DNA from: Toensbergia leucococca
Taxonomy: Eukaryota
Direction: 5' to 3'
Length of the DNA stretch: 64,000 nt
Assembly (NCBI GenBank): GCA_022813965.1
Contig: JALDZS010000082.1
Location: 1 to 64,000 of the forward strand
Shown here: positions 1 to 12,282 of the stretch, one piece after another
How positions within the stretch are numbered: the first letter of the stretch is position 1
How the letters are laid out: every line of letters starts with the position of its first letter
Notes under the pieces: model-generated
Databases searched by the model: none
Told to the model about the DNA's origin: nothing
The model's input: the letters and a program-made list of their open reading frames with translations, nothing else
Position numbers and translations under genes: made by a program

Positions 1-389
1 ATCCGTGACTAACAACTCCCCACGGATGGAGGACTATTTTAAAGAGTAGAAAACCCTGAATTGAAGGATCTAAATTCTCGGATTGCTAAGGCTGTTGAAG
101 TACCAGCCGCCCTATTGTCTCAATGAGGTGCTAAACACAATCGCTAACAAGGGCGAATGAATAGGTTGATAGGTTGGGAGATGATTTGAGATGAACACTA
201 TTTCTGTGAGTGCGGATCGATAAGTTCAATACATGTCATGCATCTTCCTTCTTGACATTCGAAATACCTATTACTGGAATTCAGTTGCCTTGCTATTGTC
301 ATCCAGTCCAGAGACTCTGCTAACCATCGTTACTACCCAAGCTGCGCAGTTCGTTTCGAACACAATGAGAGCGCCTTTTCATTCTCTCG

Positions 390-821
390 CGACAGACTGC
401 CGCAGCCAGTAGGCAAAAGCACATGACCAAGCTGATGTTAGAACAAGGCGGGGACATCAATATCCCCTGCCTCGAGTATTCAAGTCTCATCATTGCAGTT
501 GCCTCAGATCTGTCTGCTGGAGCCAACGGTGACGCCTTAAAGCACTATTTGGAAAGGGGTGCTTCGCCTCACGTCCAAGGCCAGGCCCATTCTAGTAATG
601 CGCCTCAGGCTGCAGTGAGAGCGTCAAAGATGGAGATGGTTGAACTCATATTGGCATGAGGCGCCGATATCAACGTACAAAGCTGCGGCTATTATGGAAA
701 CGCTCCGAATGCAGCGAAGGAGGATCAGTCAATAGTCGAATTACTTTTTAGATATGGCGCTGATCCTACGATGACGGAATCCGTGATAGAAGAATTCAAA
801 GCCTGGGCACATTTTCTATGA
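390..821 (+). pseudogene. Ankyrin-repeat protein remnant with in-frame stop
   Basis: Ankyrin motifs: QTAAASRQKHMTKLMLEQGGDIN, LKHYLERGASPH, MVELILA*GADINVQ and IVELLFRYGADP. TGA at 657-659 interrupts a repeat and the same frame continues to TGA 819-821. Confidence 0.7.
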
Positions 822-2141
822 AGGCAGAAGGGCTGTACGCGATATTGGCTGCAGATCGCGTGTACTTACCTCCGAGTCAGAGATTCTCATGGGTATGTAC
901 GCGGTAGAGTGAAGCATAAAGTAACAGCGAACTTTTATTCCAAAGGGTGAACAGCAGTGAGTTTAAACTAATCCCAAGGCCTATTTCTTCAACTCTCTAC
1001 GTCTATATCAGAGCTTTGAAGCAGCATTCGGTTTAGGCTTGAATTGTCTTTACACTCTGTCTCACTACTCTCATGCCCCCTCTGAATGTGAGATGCTCTG
1101 ATCAAGGCTTCGAGGATCCTCAATGTGGGTCTGAAAAAGCAGCTCCTCTGCGGTTTTGGGACTCGTTTCATAAGCCTTCAAGATGTTGTTTGCGTACTAC
1201 GTAATAGACAGAATTGCTCGGGAGCAAAAGCAGAGGAGAGAAATACGAGAGGGCCTGTGTAATATCTATGTGAGACAGGGAAGCTGGAGGTTAATCCCGA
1301 GCCACATAACACGCTGTCCGTACTCCCCACTTAGCCTCGCTTCCTCAGCTACTCAACCCAAGGACTGAAGCTTCAATGACATGATGGGCTGCACCTTTGT
1401 CGCACTGGCCTTGCTGCCACGTGATTTCTGCTGAAGAAACATGTAGCTCTCACGCCAAGACGTTTTTCGTCCAAAAACCTCATGGTTTCTTAATAGAGTG
1501 CACTTTTCTCAATGGCATTCTCTGGCTTGAAAGTTGATCTAACACGATCAGGCTTGCTCCTCGCAGAACTTGACACCTAAGGTCTCGAAGTCGCTCCTGC
1601 CGAGATCTCACGAGATGCTGATTTAGAGCTTGTTGATGAAATCTCAGCGTTCGATATAAAGAGCTGTAGGTTTGACATTTTGTAAGTAACTTAGAGGAGC
1701 TTTTTGTAGAACATCAAACGTCTGTGTTTCATCGAACTTTCTGTATGTAATACGAGCAGAATTTCATTCAATCAAGTCATCGTTCTGAATGCAGAAGCAT
1801 CAGCTCTGTTGAGGGTTTTGAGATAGTTGCAGCCACTTATAAAAGCCTTTCCAGTATGGAATGAAAGTCATATACTGTGACGCGCGAATCCATACGCTGT
1901 GAGAAAGAAAAGCATGCCAGGAATTGATCCGTGGATGCCCGAGCACGAGAAAAGAGAAAATTGAATAGGAGGATTTAAGGATTAAGAAACATGCAGAAGG
2001 TGGCTCGCTTACTCTATTCTAGCCCTAGGCCGAGTCACGTAATGGTTCAAAGGTCAAAGCGTGACAGACTACGAGTACTCGTACCTTCTCACTTACCGTC
2101 CGATTTCATTCGAGACACTACTGTACACACCTTACGGATAC

Positions 2142-3199
2142 ATGGATAAGAAAACGACCAATAAACGCACTCTCGATGGCTTCCTCCAGCCCTCATCCCG
2201 CAAAAAGGTCCACCTCATAGACGAGCCCTCAGACTCTCCAGCTTCAAACCACCCAACATACCCATTCCCAATCCCCTATTTTCCATCCTTTATTGAAGAA
2301 TCTCTACCAGAACTTCCAGCTTCCGAAGCCAAGGAAATAAACAACCAGCCTCATCTCGATCTTCTATATTTCCAACCCTACATACCCAAAAGCGTGGAGA
2401 GACACCTCTTTGAATTTCTGAGGGAGAAGCTCTTCTTCTACAGGGTACAGTACAACATAAAACGAGGCTCCATTGATACGCAAATAAACACACCACGATA
2501 GTATGCACTCATTGTCTTCCAACCCGGATGCAGCTCCAGGAAGAAATGGCGTAATCAGCAAAATCCTAACAATGCCATAGCACGACCGTCTTCGGCGTCG
2601 ATGAAACCTCCCGATTTGTCCCCAACGGATCTCTCGTTGACACTCAAACCTCGAAACTAATTCCCTTGGACCGCTACCGAACATACAAACCCCGTCCAAT
2701 CCCCCACTGCCTAGACGAACTCCGTAAAATCACAGAGGTCTTCACCTCCGCAAAATACAACTTTTGCCTGGTGAACTACTACGCCTCTGGAGACGACAGT
2801 ATATCCTACCACAGTGATGACGAGCGCTTCCTCGGCTCAAGCCCCTCAATCGCTTCTTTCTCCCTAGGCGCTAAGCGAGATTTCCTAATGAAGCATAAAC
2901 CAATCGCTGCTTCTGCCATGAATCCCTCGCCAGCTTCTGCAAATGACAAGCCACTGAAATTGGCGCTCGCGAGTGGGGACATGGTACTAATGAGGGGTAC
3001 TACGCAGGCGAACTGGTTGCATAGTGTTCCAAAACGGAAAGGTGGGGAGAGTGAGCGGGGGAGAATTAATATTACCTTTCGAAAAGCTATGGAAAGAGGA
3101 GGGACTGAGAATTACTATCAGTACAATGTTGGAAGCGGGCAGGTTTGGAAGTGGGATGGGAGTAAAGGAGAGATGAGGCATTGGGCTACGAATGCATAG
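2142..3199 (+). CDS. AlkB-family (ALKBH2/3-like) 2OG-Fe(II) dioxygenase, 2 exons
   Basis: ATG 2142. Intron 2501-2580 (GTATGC..CTAAC..TAG) joins TPRY-TTVFGVDET. Motifs: NFCLVNYY, SYHSDDE (HxD), WLHSVPK, RINITFR. Confidence 0.9.
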
Positions 3200-3897
3200 G
3201 GACAGACCAAAACAACTACCCGTTGTGACAGAGCGGAAGAACTCTGTGCTTTGACACCTCCATCGTCTCGTGAGACAGATCAGGTATAACACGCTACTCT
3301 ACAACAATAATCCCGCCGCACACACAGTTGACTCAATCTATAGAGCTTCAGAGCTGTCAGTAAGGCTTTGGAAGGTTGATGATGTGTCAAGATCTGATAT
3401 ATTCACTGACACAAATCCAGCTGAGCTTGGCTGTAAGCCCCTGAGCAGGACTAGAATGAACGGCGCGTCCATGTAACTAATGAAAGACTCTCCAGAACAA
3501 GCCAATCAAAGATCCTCAATTCCATGGCAATAACATCCTGGGGAAATCTGCTACAGACCTTTCTATCAAATGCAATCAGAAAGTATCATGGCTGTGATTT
3601 GGAAAACACTTTGTGGGGATTTCAAAAAATGCCAACAATCTCCTAGCATACAAAAGCTATTTCTCCACCCTCATATTTTCAAATATCCCAGAACGAACTC
3701 AACTTTTGCAAGTACTTAAGAACATTCGCAGCCCCAAACCCCCACCACTCTCAAGAAACAAAAGATTATATACATAGCTCTCCCCCCCTTTTCTTCTGTC
3801 TGGTATGAATCCCATCTCTCCTGTCTTCCCAGGAAACTTCTTCCAAAAGGGGTGTATATGAGAACAACATCAAATACCCATCCATCTCCAATACCAG

Positions 3898-3929
3898 GAA
3901 AGAAAGAAAGAAAGAAAGAAAGAAAGAAA
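3898..3929. repeat. (GAAA)8 microsatellite
   Basis: Direct reading of the sequence. Confidence 0.9.
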
Positions 3930-4772
3930 AATGCCACAACACTTCCCCCACTCACGAATTGGTTCGAATTTTTCTAGGGGCTACGAAAAAAAACCAAAAG
4001 AAAAAGAGAGCTGCAAAAAGGAGGTGTGTCCAACTCAACCACTTAATTCTTTTCCGTCTTCTGTGGTAAATGGCGGAAGGAAGCGTTCGCTCATTGGGAA
4101 CTTATACATCCAACGTTACATGATACTAGTAGATACAAGCGAAAGCTTCCCGAAACCCTACCAACACACCTCCACCCCATTCCGAGACACTGACACCCTC
4201 CAACCCACGCCTGTGGCAGCACTACCCAGGTGCGATATCACCCATGCCTTTAAACTAGGTACATTTACACTCAACTCCGCCCCTCCCCCCCCTAACCGCT
4301 AGGCGCAATCTGCCGCTTTCCACCCCCAACGCAAATCGTCACATCAACCATCACTCTTCCTATTCTGTAGAACTAGCGAGGAGGGCGGGGGGTGAGGGGG
4401 CGAGATGAGGAGGACGAGCTGAAGGGAATGTTGGGTGGGCGGGGCGGTGAAGGAGGATGTCGCGATCCAAAGGTGTGGTTGTGGGACTGCGTTTCGGGCC
4501 TTTGGATTTTTGTTCAATGTGTGATGGAGGATGTAGGTGGCAGGTGATCAAGGTGGAGAAATCGAGTTAATAAGGTGGTTGTCAAGATGATGATGTTTGC
4601 CCCATGACGATATTGTACGCCCGAGTAGGACTGCTGGGAAGAGTTGGGGGGGTAAATGTATTGGAAAAGGGTGTGTCCATGCATCCAACTTCGCTCGATT
4701 GTGTTTGCTAAATCCATATCAAGTGCCTATCACGAAAGAACTTAGGTAGTTTAAAACTTGGGAAATCTATTA

Positions 4773-6804
4773 TTAGCGTGACAGTGCTATATCGTCGATC
4801 CTCAGAATCATTTTCACAGTCTCCGCCGCCAGCTCCACCGCACTCGTGCTAACCAGCAGCGGCTGCAAAACTTTCTCGTCCGCGATATTGTTCTTCACCC
4901 CGCCAGTACGGATACTAACCCCAGCATTCTTCTCTCCGAACTCATGCCGATGCCTCAAGTCCGTCACCACCTTGATGCTATTCAATCCTGCATTCTCGGC
5001 CAACGTCGTCGGAATCACTTCCATGGCGTCCGCGAACGCTTTCCAGCATATGGCTTCCGTGCCTGTCAAGCTTCTTGATTGATAACTCAGCGCTTGAGCG
5101 ATGGCGATCTCGGGGGCACCACCACCGGCGATGAGGGCCTTTTTCTTCACGAGGCATCGTATTACGCAGAGGGCGTCATGGAGACTTCGCTCGGCTTCGT
5201 CAAGGATGAGCGAGTTCGCTCCGCGGCACACGATGGAAACGGTCTGGCCAGCGTTCTTGTGGGTCACTCCGGTGACTTTGACGATGCGTGACCCGGAAGC
5301 TTGGACTTCTTCGATGAGTTCGGCGGAGCCGAGCTTGTCTTCTGTGAAGGAGTCGACATCTGCTATTGGTTTGCAACCTGTGCTCTGGGAAAATTTAGAT
5401 CTCTCTCTAATTCAAGTTTGATAGGCTGATGGGATTGCTATATACCTTGCATATGAACTCGACCTCGTCTCTCTCGATATCTTTTACTGCTAGGATGTTG
5501 AGCTTGGCTAAGAAATGCAGACTTAGATCGTTGACTGCGTCCCTGAGAATGGACTTTTGAATTAGTAAAACGTTGCATTTCGCTTTCTTTATCTTCTTGA
5601 CCATGTTTAGTAGGTAAGTTCGTTCTTCTTTTAATATCTTGTCCATTTGACGGTAGTCGTTGACTACAATCTGGTTTTCCATCTGATGAACATTAAACCA
5701 TATACCTAGCAAGTCGTGAGATTGAATACTCACATCTGGCTTCGGAGGACTGAGTTGAAATTGTATCAAGCCTATCCTGGCCTTTTCCATTCTTGCAGGC
5801 CCACCTCCGCTTTTTATAACCGCTTGATTCAGTACCAGCCCATCGATCATCTCACTATCTTCTATCGTGCCGCCAACTTTCTTTATGATTCTAATGTTCT
5901 TCAGGTCAACATTATCTGCAGTCTTCATATCGATAGTCTTCAAAACGGCATCAACTGCAATCGGGCCCAGTAGATTCGAATGCTGTGAGACGATTTTGGA
6001 GGATAATGATGTGGACGCAGCCTGTAATAGCGTAGGGCGATCTGTGAGTTGAATTGGATGAGACATCTCATGAAGAGTCTTGACCGCCGCAGCTGCAGCT
6101 CGTTGGAATGATTCCGAGATGACTGTAGGATGTATGCCTTTCGGGAATTAGACTTAGGGGTAACCCTGAGAACGATGTACTATGATACCTTTTGCGAGTA
6201 ACTTATCTGCCGCACCAAGAAGACTTCCAGCGATTACCACTACTGTAGTCGTACCATCTCCTGCCTCGACATCTTGGGCCGCACTGAGATCAACGAGCAT
6301 TTTCGCTGCAGGATGCATAACGCTCATGTCTTTTAACATTGTGTTGCCATCATTTGTCTGAGGAGTTGTCAGGGCTCAAATTTCTCATAGTCTTTCCCTA
6401 TTACCTCCTTGTGACCTACAATTATTGTTTCGCCTTTGCCAGTTTGAATCTATGCTCGAATTAGGACTAGGGATCCAGAAGAGCCGTCTGCCATACCATT
6501 TTATCCATGCCTCTAGGCCCCAGAGACTATAAATACAGTGTCAGGCCAGCATTTGGAGAGACTTCCAAACAGCTCACAGTCCGTATAGCATCAGCGACCG
6601 CTAAAAGCTATTAGCAAGTTCTCTTCGAGGTAGCCTATTTACCAGGCTTACCCCGAGCTGCCATAATATTGGCATTTCGGACGGCCATGGGCTTCTCCTT
6701 ATCCTATACCGGCATAAGTAATAATCCAATTCATGGTGAAGGCTGCATAGTACTTTGAAAGCATTGTTTCCGGAGTTATTGCTGGCACTCAGCGTAGAAG
6801 CCAT
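4773..6804 (-). CDS. CCT4: T-complex protein 1 subunit delta (CCT chaperonin), multi-exon
   Basis: Motifs: [62 protein letters not shown] and C-terminal [11 protein letters not shown]. Canonical introns. Confidence 0.96.
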
Positions 6805-7127
6805 ATTGAGGATGGAGCAGAGAGGACGGAGGTTGCAGGAAAGACAGTCTGGCAGATAGCCAGGAGCTTCGAGAGCTATGAAACAAGAAACTTGAAGTCT
6901 GGAAAGTTGCAGTCAAGTGAATTGTGAATTGTTTCTATCTTTTTCGTCGCGTCCGTTCGAGTTTCGTGACGCTAGCCTCGGTTCGAGAGCTTCATCCGCA
7001 ACGGCCTGCGACGTTCCATCATCACCAAACATCACCAACTACGCAAATCTCTCAATACGGACCAGGGGAATCTCCTCCAAGATACCTTTAGCTTCCTAGT
7101 GCTGAAGAAGTAAGCTCGGTCTCCAAG

Positions 7128-8672
7128 ATGCCCAGTGCGACGGGCCAGAGCTGGGAGAAGTACAAGAAGGAATTCGCCGATGACGAGGAGGTAGAGAAGA
7201 AGATAACACCACTTACCGATGAGTAGGTCATGTACATACTGGCTCATGGGATCCTGGATACTAATTTCTGGGCCTTGTTGTAGAGACATACAAGTACTCA
7301 AGACATATGGCGCTGCACCGTACGCTGCCGGCTTGAAACGGCTGGAGAAGCAGATCAAGGAGAAGCAGACTAGTGTCAATGAGAAGATAGGTTCGTATAT
7401 GCTGGCTTGATACTCTATATTCTGTATACGAGCTGAAGCTGACTTTGCATCCAGGCGTCAAGGTACCTTATTTCTCAAGCTTACTTTTACTACGTCTCTA
7501 AGAATTTACAGGAATCAGATACAGGTCTAGCGCCTCCTCACCTATGGGATATAGCAGCAGACCGGCAACGCATGCAAGAAGACCACCCTCTCCAAGTCGC
7601 CAGATGTACAAAGATTATCCAAGACGATAAAGATTCCGAGAAGAGCAAATATGTCATCAACGTCAAACAAATTGCCAAATTCGTCGTAAAGCTCGGTGAG
7701 CGAGTCAGTCCGACGGATATCGAAGAAGGCATGCGTGTGGGGTACAGTCCCTCCATCCTAGATGTTTCCAACCATTGCTAACCACCCGCAAGCGTCGATC
7801 GTAACAAATACGAAATCCTCCTCCCTCTTCCTCCCAAAATCGACCCCAGCGTAACTATGATGACAGTGGAAGACAAACCAGATGTAACTTACGGCGACGT
7901 CGGTGGCTGCAAAGACCAAATTGAAAAGATCCGAGAAGTCGTCGAAATGCCTCTCCTCTCCCCCGAACGCTTCGTAAACCTTGGCATTGATCCCCCTAAA
8001 GGCGCACTTCTCTATGGTCCCCCCGGAACTGGCAAGACGCTATGCGCCCGTGCCGTCGCCAACCGTACTGACGCTACCTTCATCCGGGTCATAGGAAGCG
8101 AGCTGGTACAGAAATACGTCGGCGAGGGCGCAAGGATGGTTAGGGAATTATTTGAGATGGCTCGGACAAAGAAAGCTTGTATTATCTTCTTCGATGAAAT
8201 AGATGCTATTGGCGGTGCACGTTTCGATGACGGCGCTGGTGGAGATAATGAGGTACAGCGCACGATGCTGGAACTCATCACGCAGCTCGACGGCTTCGAC
8301 TCGCGCGGAAACATCAAGGTCATGTTCGCCACTAACAGACCCTCAACCCTCGACCCCGCCCTCATGCGCCCTGGCCGCATCGACCGCAAAATCGAATTTT
8401 CGCTTCCCGACCTCGAAGGCCGAGCCAATATCCTCCGCATCCACGCCAAGAGCATGTCCGTCGAGCGCGATATTCGATGGGAGCTAATCTCGCGGCTATG
8501 CCCCAATAGCACCGGAGCCGAGCTGCGAAGCGTCGCCACTGAGGCGGGTATGTTTGCCATTCGTGCGAGGCGGAAGGTGGCGACGGAGAAGGATTTCCTG
8601 GCGGCCGTGGACAAGGTCATCAAGGGGAATTTGAAGTTCAATTCCACGGCTACGTACATGCAATATAATTAG
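7128..8672 (+). CDS. RPT1: 26S proteasome regulatory ATPase subunit 7 (Rpt1/Cim5)
   Basis: [12 protein letters not shown] start, [16 protein letters not shown], Walker A GPPGTGKT, Walker B IIFFDEID and C-terminal [11 protein letters not shown]. Confidence 0.97.
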
Positions 8673-8937
8673 CGGCATTGGCTTGGGGAGTTTTGTGTTA
8701 TTAATAGGCATGACTGTATAATAGAACGTGACTACACCTGCCTGGTCTTTTGTGGCTGTACGAGTAGTGTTGTCATCCTCATGAGTTTCTACACGGCCAT
8801 CACAACTGGTAAATGCTGAATACCGAACACACTGGTAAACGAGTAGCGAGCTACCCAAGATGCAGCGCTGAAAAAATTTCGTAGTCTAGTATGGCTACCA
8901 CCAATACACCTAGAATACAAAACCAAATCACGCTTTC

Positions 8938-10061
8938 CTACCTCTCACCTCCCCTCCTAATCTCCACCTCGCGCCTCAAATGCCTAATCACCGCTCTGCT
9001 CGTCTCCCACTGGGCCTGCAGCACCGCAATCTTCTCGTGCAACTCGGTAATCGTCTCCGTCTTCTTCTTGATCAGCGAGCGCGAAATGTCTCTTCCTTTG
9101 ATGACGCCTTGGGTGAATAGGGCATGTTTGTGGCAGATTTCTTTGATGGCTGTGGTGGTTGAGGCATTTAGGTGTTGGTGTGTGGAGTTGAGGAGGCGGA
9201 TGATTTGAGTAGCGAGGTCGGAGTCTTGGCCGGTTGCCATGGGGGGGATGTTTGTAAAGCGGTTTGGAGTGGGGGTTTCGGCGGGGGAGGGGAGGCAGAA
9301 GAGGTTTAGGGCTTGCGAATTTGTAGATGGGGTAGTGAAGATGTCTGGTGCTGCTCCGGTTGTGGGTGTTGAGGGGGTTGGGATGTTGCTGTCGTCGTCA
9401 ATGGCTGAGAAGCGGCGCTTTCCTGGGGTGGAGAGAGTGTTTGTCTTTTGGACTTTGCGCGGTGTTTGAGGAGGGGGCATTGGGGGATTGGAGATGCGAT
9501 CGGCGACTTTGGAGAGTTCTTCGTCGTCGCTGGCGGGCCAGTCGAAGGGCTCTTCTGAGGTAGATTGTTGCGGGGGTGAGAGGATTTGGACACTGGAGGG
9601 CTTGGAGGGCGTGTGGGGTGTTGGGGTCTCAGGACTGATTGGTCTCTGGCGGGAATAGGGTGTTTGCGGGGTAAGGTATACACTTGAGGGATGCCTATTG
9701 GGGGTCTGAGGACTTTGTTCGGTGCGTGAGTTGCTCAGGACGGCGCATGCTTCGCGGGGTTTAGCCTCGTCGTCCCAGAGGAAGAAGTTGCAGCGTTTAG
9801 GCTGAGCATTTTGGCATGTGTAGACTATTAATGTTGTGTCAGTTCTGGGGTATGCGGTAGCTTGGGGGGCGCAAAGGATAACGCACACCAGCGGCCATGA
9901 TTCTTGCCGCCGTTGTTGGTCTGGAAGCGCTCGGCGGGGAGACGAGGCTCGCAGTTGCAGTGCCAGACTCCATCGGAGAAGAGGCCTTTCAACGGTACTT
10001 TTTGGAGAGAGGAAGCGCTCTCCCGCCCTCTACCTCGGCCGCCGCTGCGGCTTTTGAACAT
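8938..10061 (-). CDS. GRF-type zinc finger protein with disordered P/T/S-rich C-terminal half, 2 exons
   Basis: GVWHCNCEPRLPA...KNHGRW|xYTCQ...RCNFFLW matches the zf-GRF pattern. One intron at about 9826-9886. Confidence 0.85.
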
Positions 10062-10346
10062 GGTAGTGGTTGAGCTGGCGGATAGATGGTGGCATGGTGG
10101 AATTAGATCAGCTTCTGCGCAGGTAAGAAGAGCATGGCGGAGGCAGCCGTATGGTGTTCTGCTACATGGTGGTGGCTAGGCGGTTGGTGTTATTTGATGG
10201 CAAGACGTTGATAAAGCAACACTATCGATAAGGGCTTGGGTTAAGCGAGATCGGAGCGAAAGTCGCAGGAAAAGCAAAGCATATTCTATCTAGAGTATGA
10301 TTGAATATTCATTCGGCCACTGAAGACGACATTTTCTTACTCTCCA

Positions 10347-10446
10347 CTGACAAATGACTTCGGCTGACAAATGGCTTCGACTGACAAATGGCTTCGACTG
10401 ACAAATGGCTTCGACGGACAAATGGCTTCGACGGACAAATGGCTTC
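10347..10446. repeat. 17-bp tandem repeat x~6 (CTGACAAATGGCTTCGA)
   Basis: Six head-to-tail units with 0-2 mismatches and no spacers, ending 100 bp upstream of the SDR ATG. Confidence 0.95.
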
Positions 10447-10545
10447 CCTAGCATAATTGACTGTATTCGAGTACCCGGCTATAGAGGCACGAACAATTCG
10501 AAATACTCTCAAGTAACTTTGCCTTAATCGACTCAGCATCAAATC

Positions 10546-11357
10546 ATGGCCGCCAAGTCCCCCGTCGTTCTCATCCTCGGCGCAGGCCTCAATATCGGCC
10601 AGGCCGTCGCCCGCACCTTTGCCTCCAAGGGCTACAAGGTCGCTCTCGCCTCCCGCTCCCTGAAGGAGGCTGACAGCACCGACAATCAGCTGAACATCCC
10701 GAGCGACTTCTCCAAGACCGTCGATGTGGTCAATGCCTTTGCCAAGGTGACGAAGGTGCTCGGCATCCCCAGTGTCGTCATCTACAATGGTAAGCACTCA
10801 TCCCCCACGGTGCCGTTGCCGGCCAACTGACGCGTCGCAGTCAGCGTCGGGAACTTGACCCCCGCCGATGACCCCTTCGCCCTTTCCTTTGCCGACTTCA
10901 GTCATGACACGACCATCAACATCCACAGTGCCTTTGTTGCCGCGCAATAGGCTGTCTCAGGCTTTGCACAGCTTCCGGCGTCAGCCGCGCGCACCTTCAT
11001 CTATACTGGCAACGTCCTGAACGTCGCCATCCTCCCGAGATTTCTCACTCCGGGCGTTGGCAAGTCAGGCGCCGCTCACATGATCTGGGCGGCCTCGGCC
11101 GCGTACAAAGATCGTGGATACAAGTAAGCCCTCAATCACTTCGGGAATTCGCGCGTGGGAGACTAACAACGTGAAGATTCTACTATGCCGACGAACGGAA
11201 GGCGGACGGATCGCCCAAATACGGCGTTGACGGTGACGCACACGCGAAACTCTACTGGGAGCTGGCCCACGCCAAGACGCAGGGCCCGTGGATGCAGACA
11301 TTCGTCCAGGGTGTAGGATACAAGAAGTTCGACACCATATATACGCCTCTAGCGTGA
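10546..11357 (+). pseudogene. Atypical short-chain dehydrogenase/reductase with a single in-frame TAG
   Basis: Rossmann motif ILGAGLNIGQAVA. Introns 10789-10840 and 11124-11176. Exon 2 reads SAFVAAQ*AVSGFAQLP..TFIYTGN..GVGKSGAAH (TAG 10948-10950). Exon 3 reads FYYADERKADGSP..to TGA 11357. Confidence 0.88.
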
Positions 11358-11577
11358 GGCATTATTGACGTCAATGGTTGATGTGGCAGGTTCGGGCAGG
11401 CCAACGTCGCCGACAGGGCCGCTTTGCCTAGATACTAGATCATGACTATCTTGTGGGCGGACTACGTGGCTGTATAAATATCAAAGCTTGTTTTTCATAT
11501 TTGCACCCAATGCTCGACCTCTTTTCCATGTCAACTACCTCCTCAATTGCATGCCATTTAGTAGCAAGCTTTACCTA

Positions 11578-12220
11578 GGGAATCTTCATGGTTTCCTACC
11601 TCATTTCCTGAATTTTCTACCTCATTCTGACTCAATTTTCTACCTCATTTCCTACCTCATTTCAACCATTGTACGCCCTCAGCGGCGACCTCCAGGGGCC
11701 CTCAATCATCGAAGACGACCAGTCAACTCTACTCAGTTAGATCCTTCTAAATTTGAACGAGTAGAACGAGCTATTCAGGCAGAGCGAGGCTGACGGCGGG
11801 GCCGAGGGTGGGGCTGACGGCGGGGCGGGTTTAGGGTATGGGGACTGATATGAGGGCTGATGAGGTGGAGGATCGTGCTATTCAGGTGAATGAGGGGCTG
11901 TTTACAGCATTCAGGATGTAGATCACAAATTGCGACGATTTTGCGCCTGAGGGGCGATCGTGCACCCGGGGGCGAGGGGAATCAAGTCAGGATGTGGTAC
12001 AAAAGCATGCTTTTTCTCCTAAGCAATTTTGTTTCTAAATGGCACGCAAATAGAACAAGTAAATGGCTTGCACATTGGTAGAGAAACAAGTGCAAACGTG
12101 GTGTGAAATCGTGGTGTTTCCCTCAGTGATCTTGCGCCTAGGCACTAATTGGTGGGATAGATGGAAAGGGGGCTCGGGGGTGTAGATGGATCAAAATGGG
12201 GTGTAGGACTAGTAATTCCC
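11578..12220 (+). mobile_element. Non-autonomous Mutator-like (MULE) internal-deletion derivative
   Basis: Termini GGGAAT...ATTCCC with imperfect subterminal similarity (TCCTACCTCATTT vs reverse-complemented TCCTACACCCCATTT). Flanks CTTTACCTA/TATTACCTA match at 7 of 9 (candidate TSD). Internal peptide VRPQRRPPGALNHRRRPVNSTQLDPSKFERVE resembles the C-terminal GRP..ST.R.PS.FE motif of fungal MULE transposases. Confidence 0.65.
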
Positions 12221-12282
12221 TATTACCTAGGTACGACCTTGATACATTAAGATTAATGAGCATCAGTGACGTTCATTGAAGC

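Noticed and set aside
10347..10446. CRISPR-like array
   Set aside because: The units are contiguous with no unique spacers and the context is eukaryotic. The same applies to 14287-14355.
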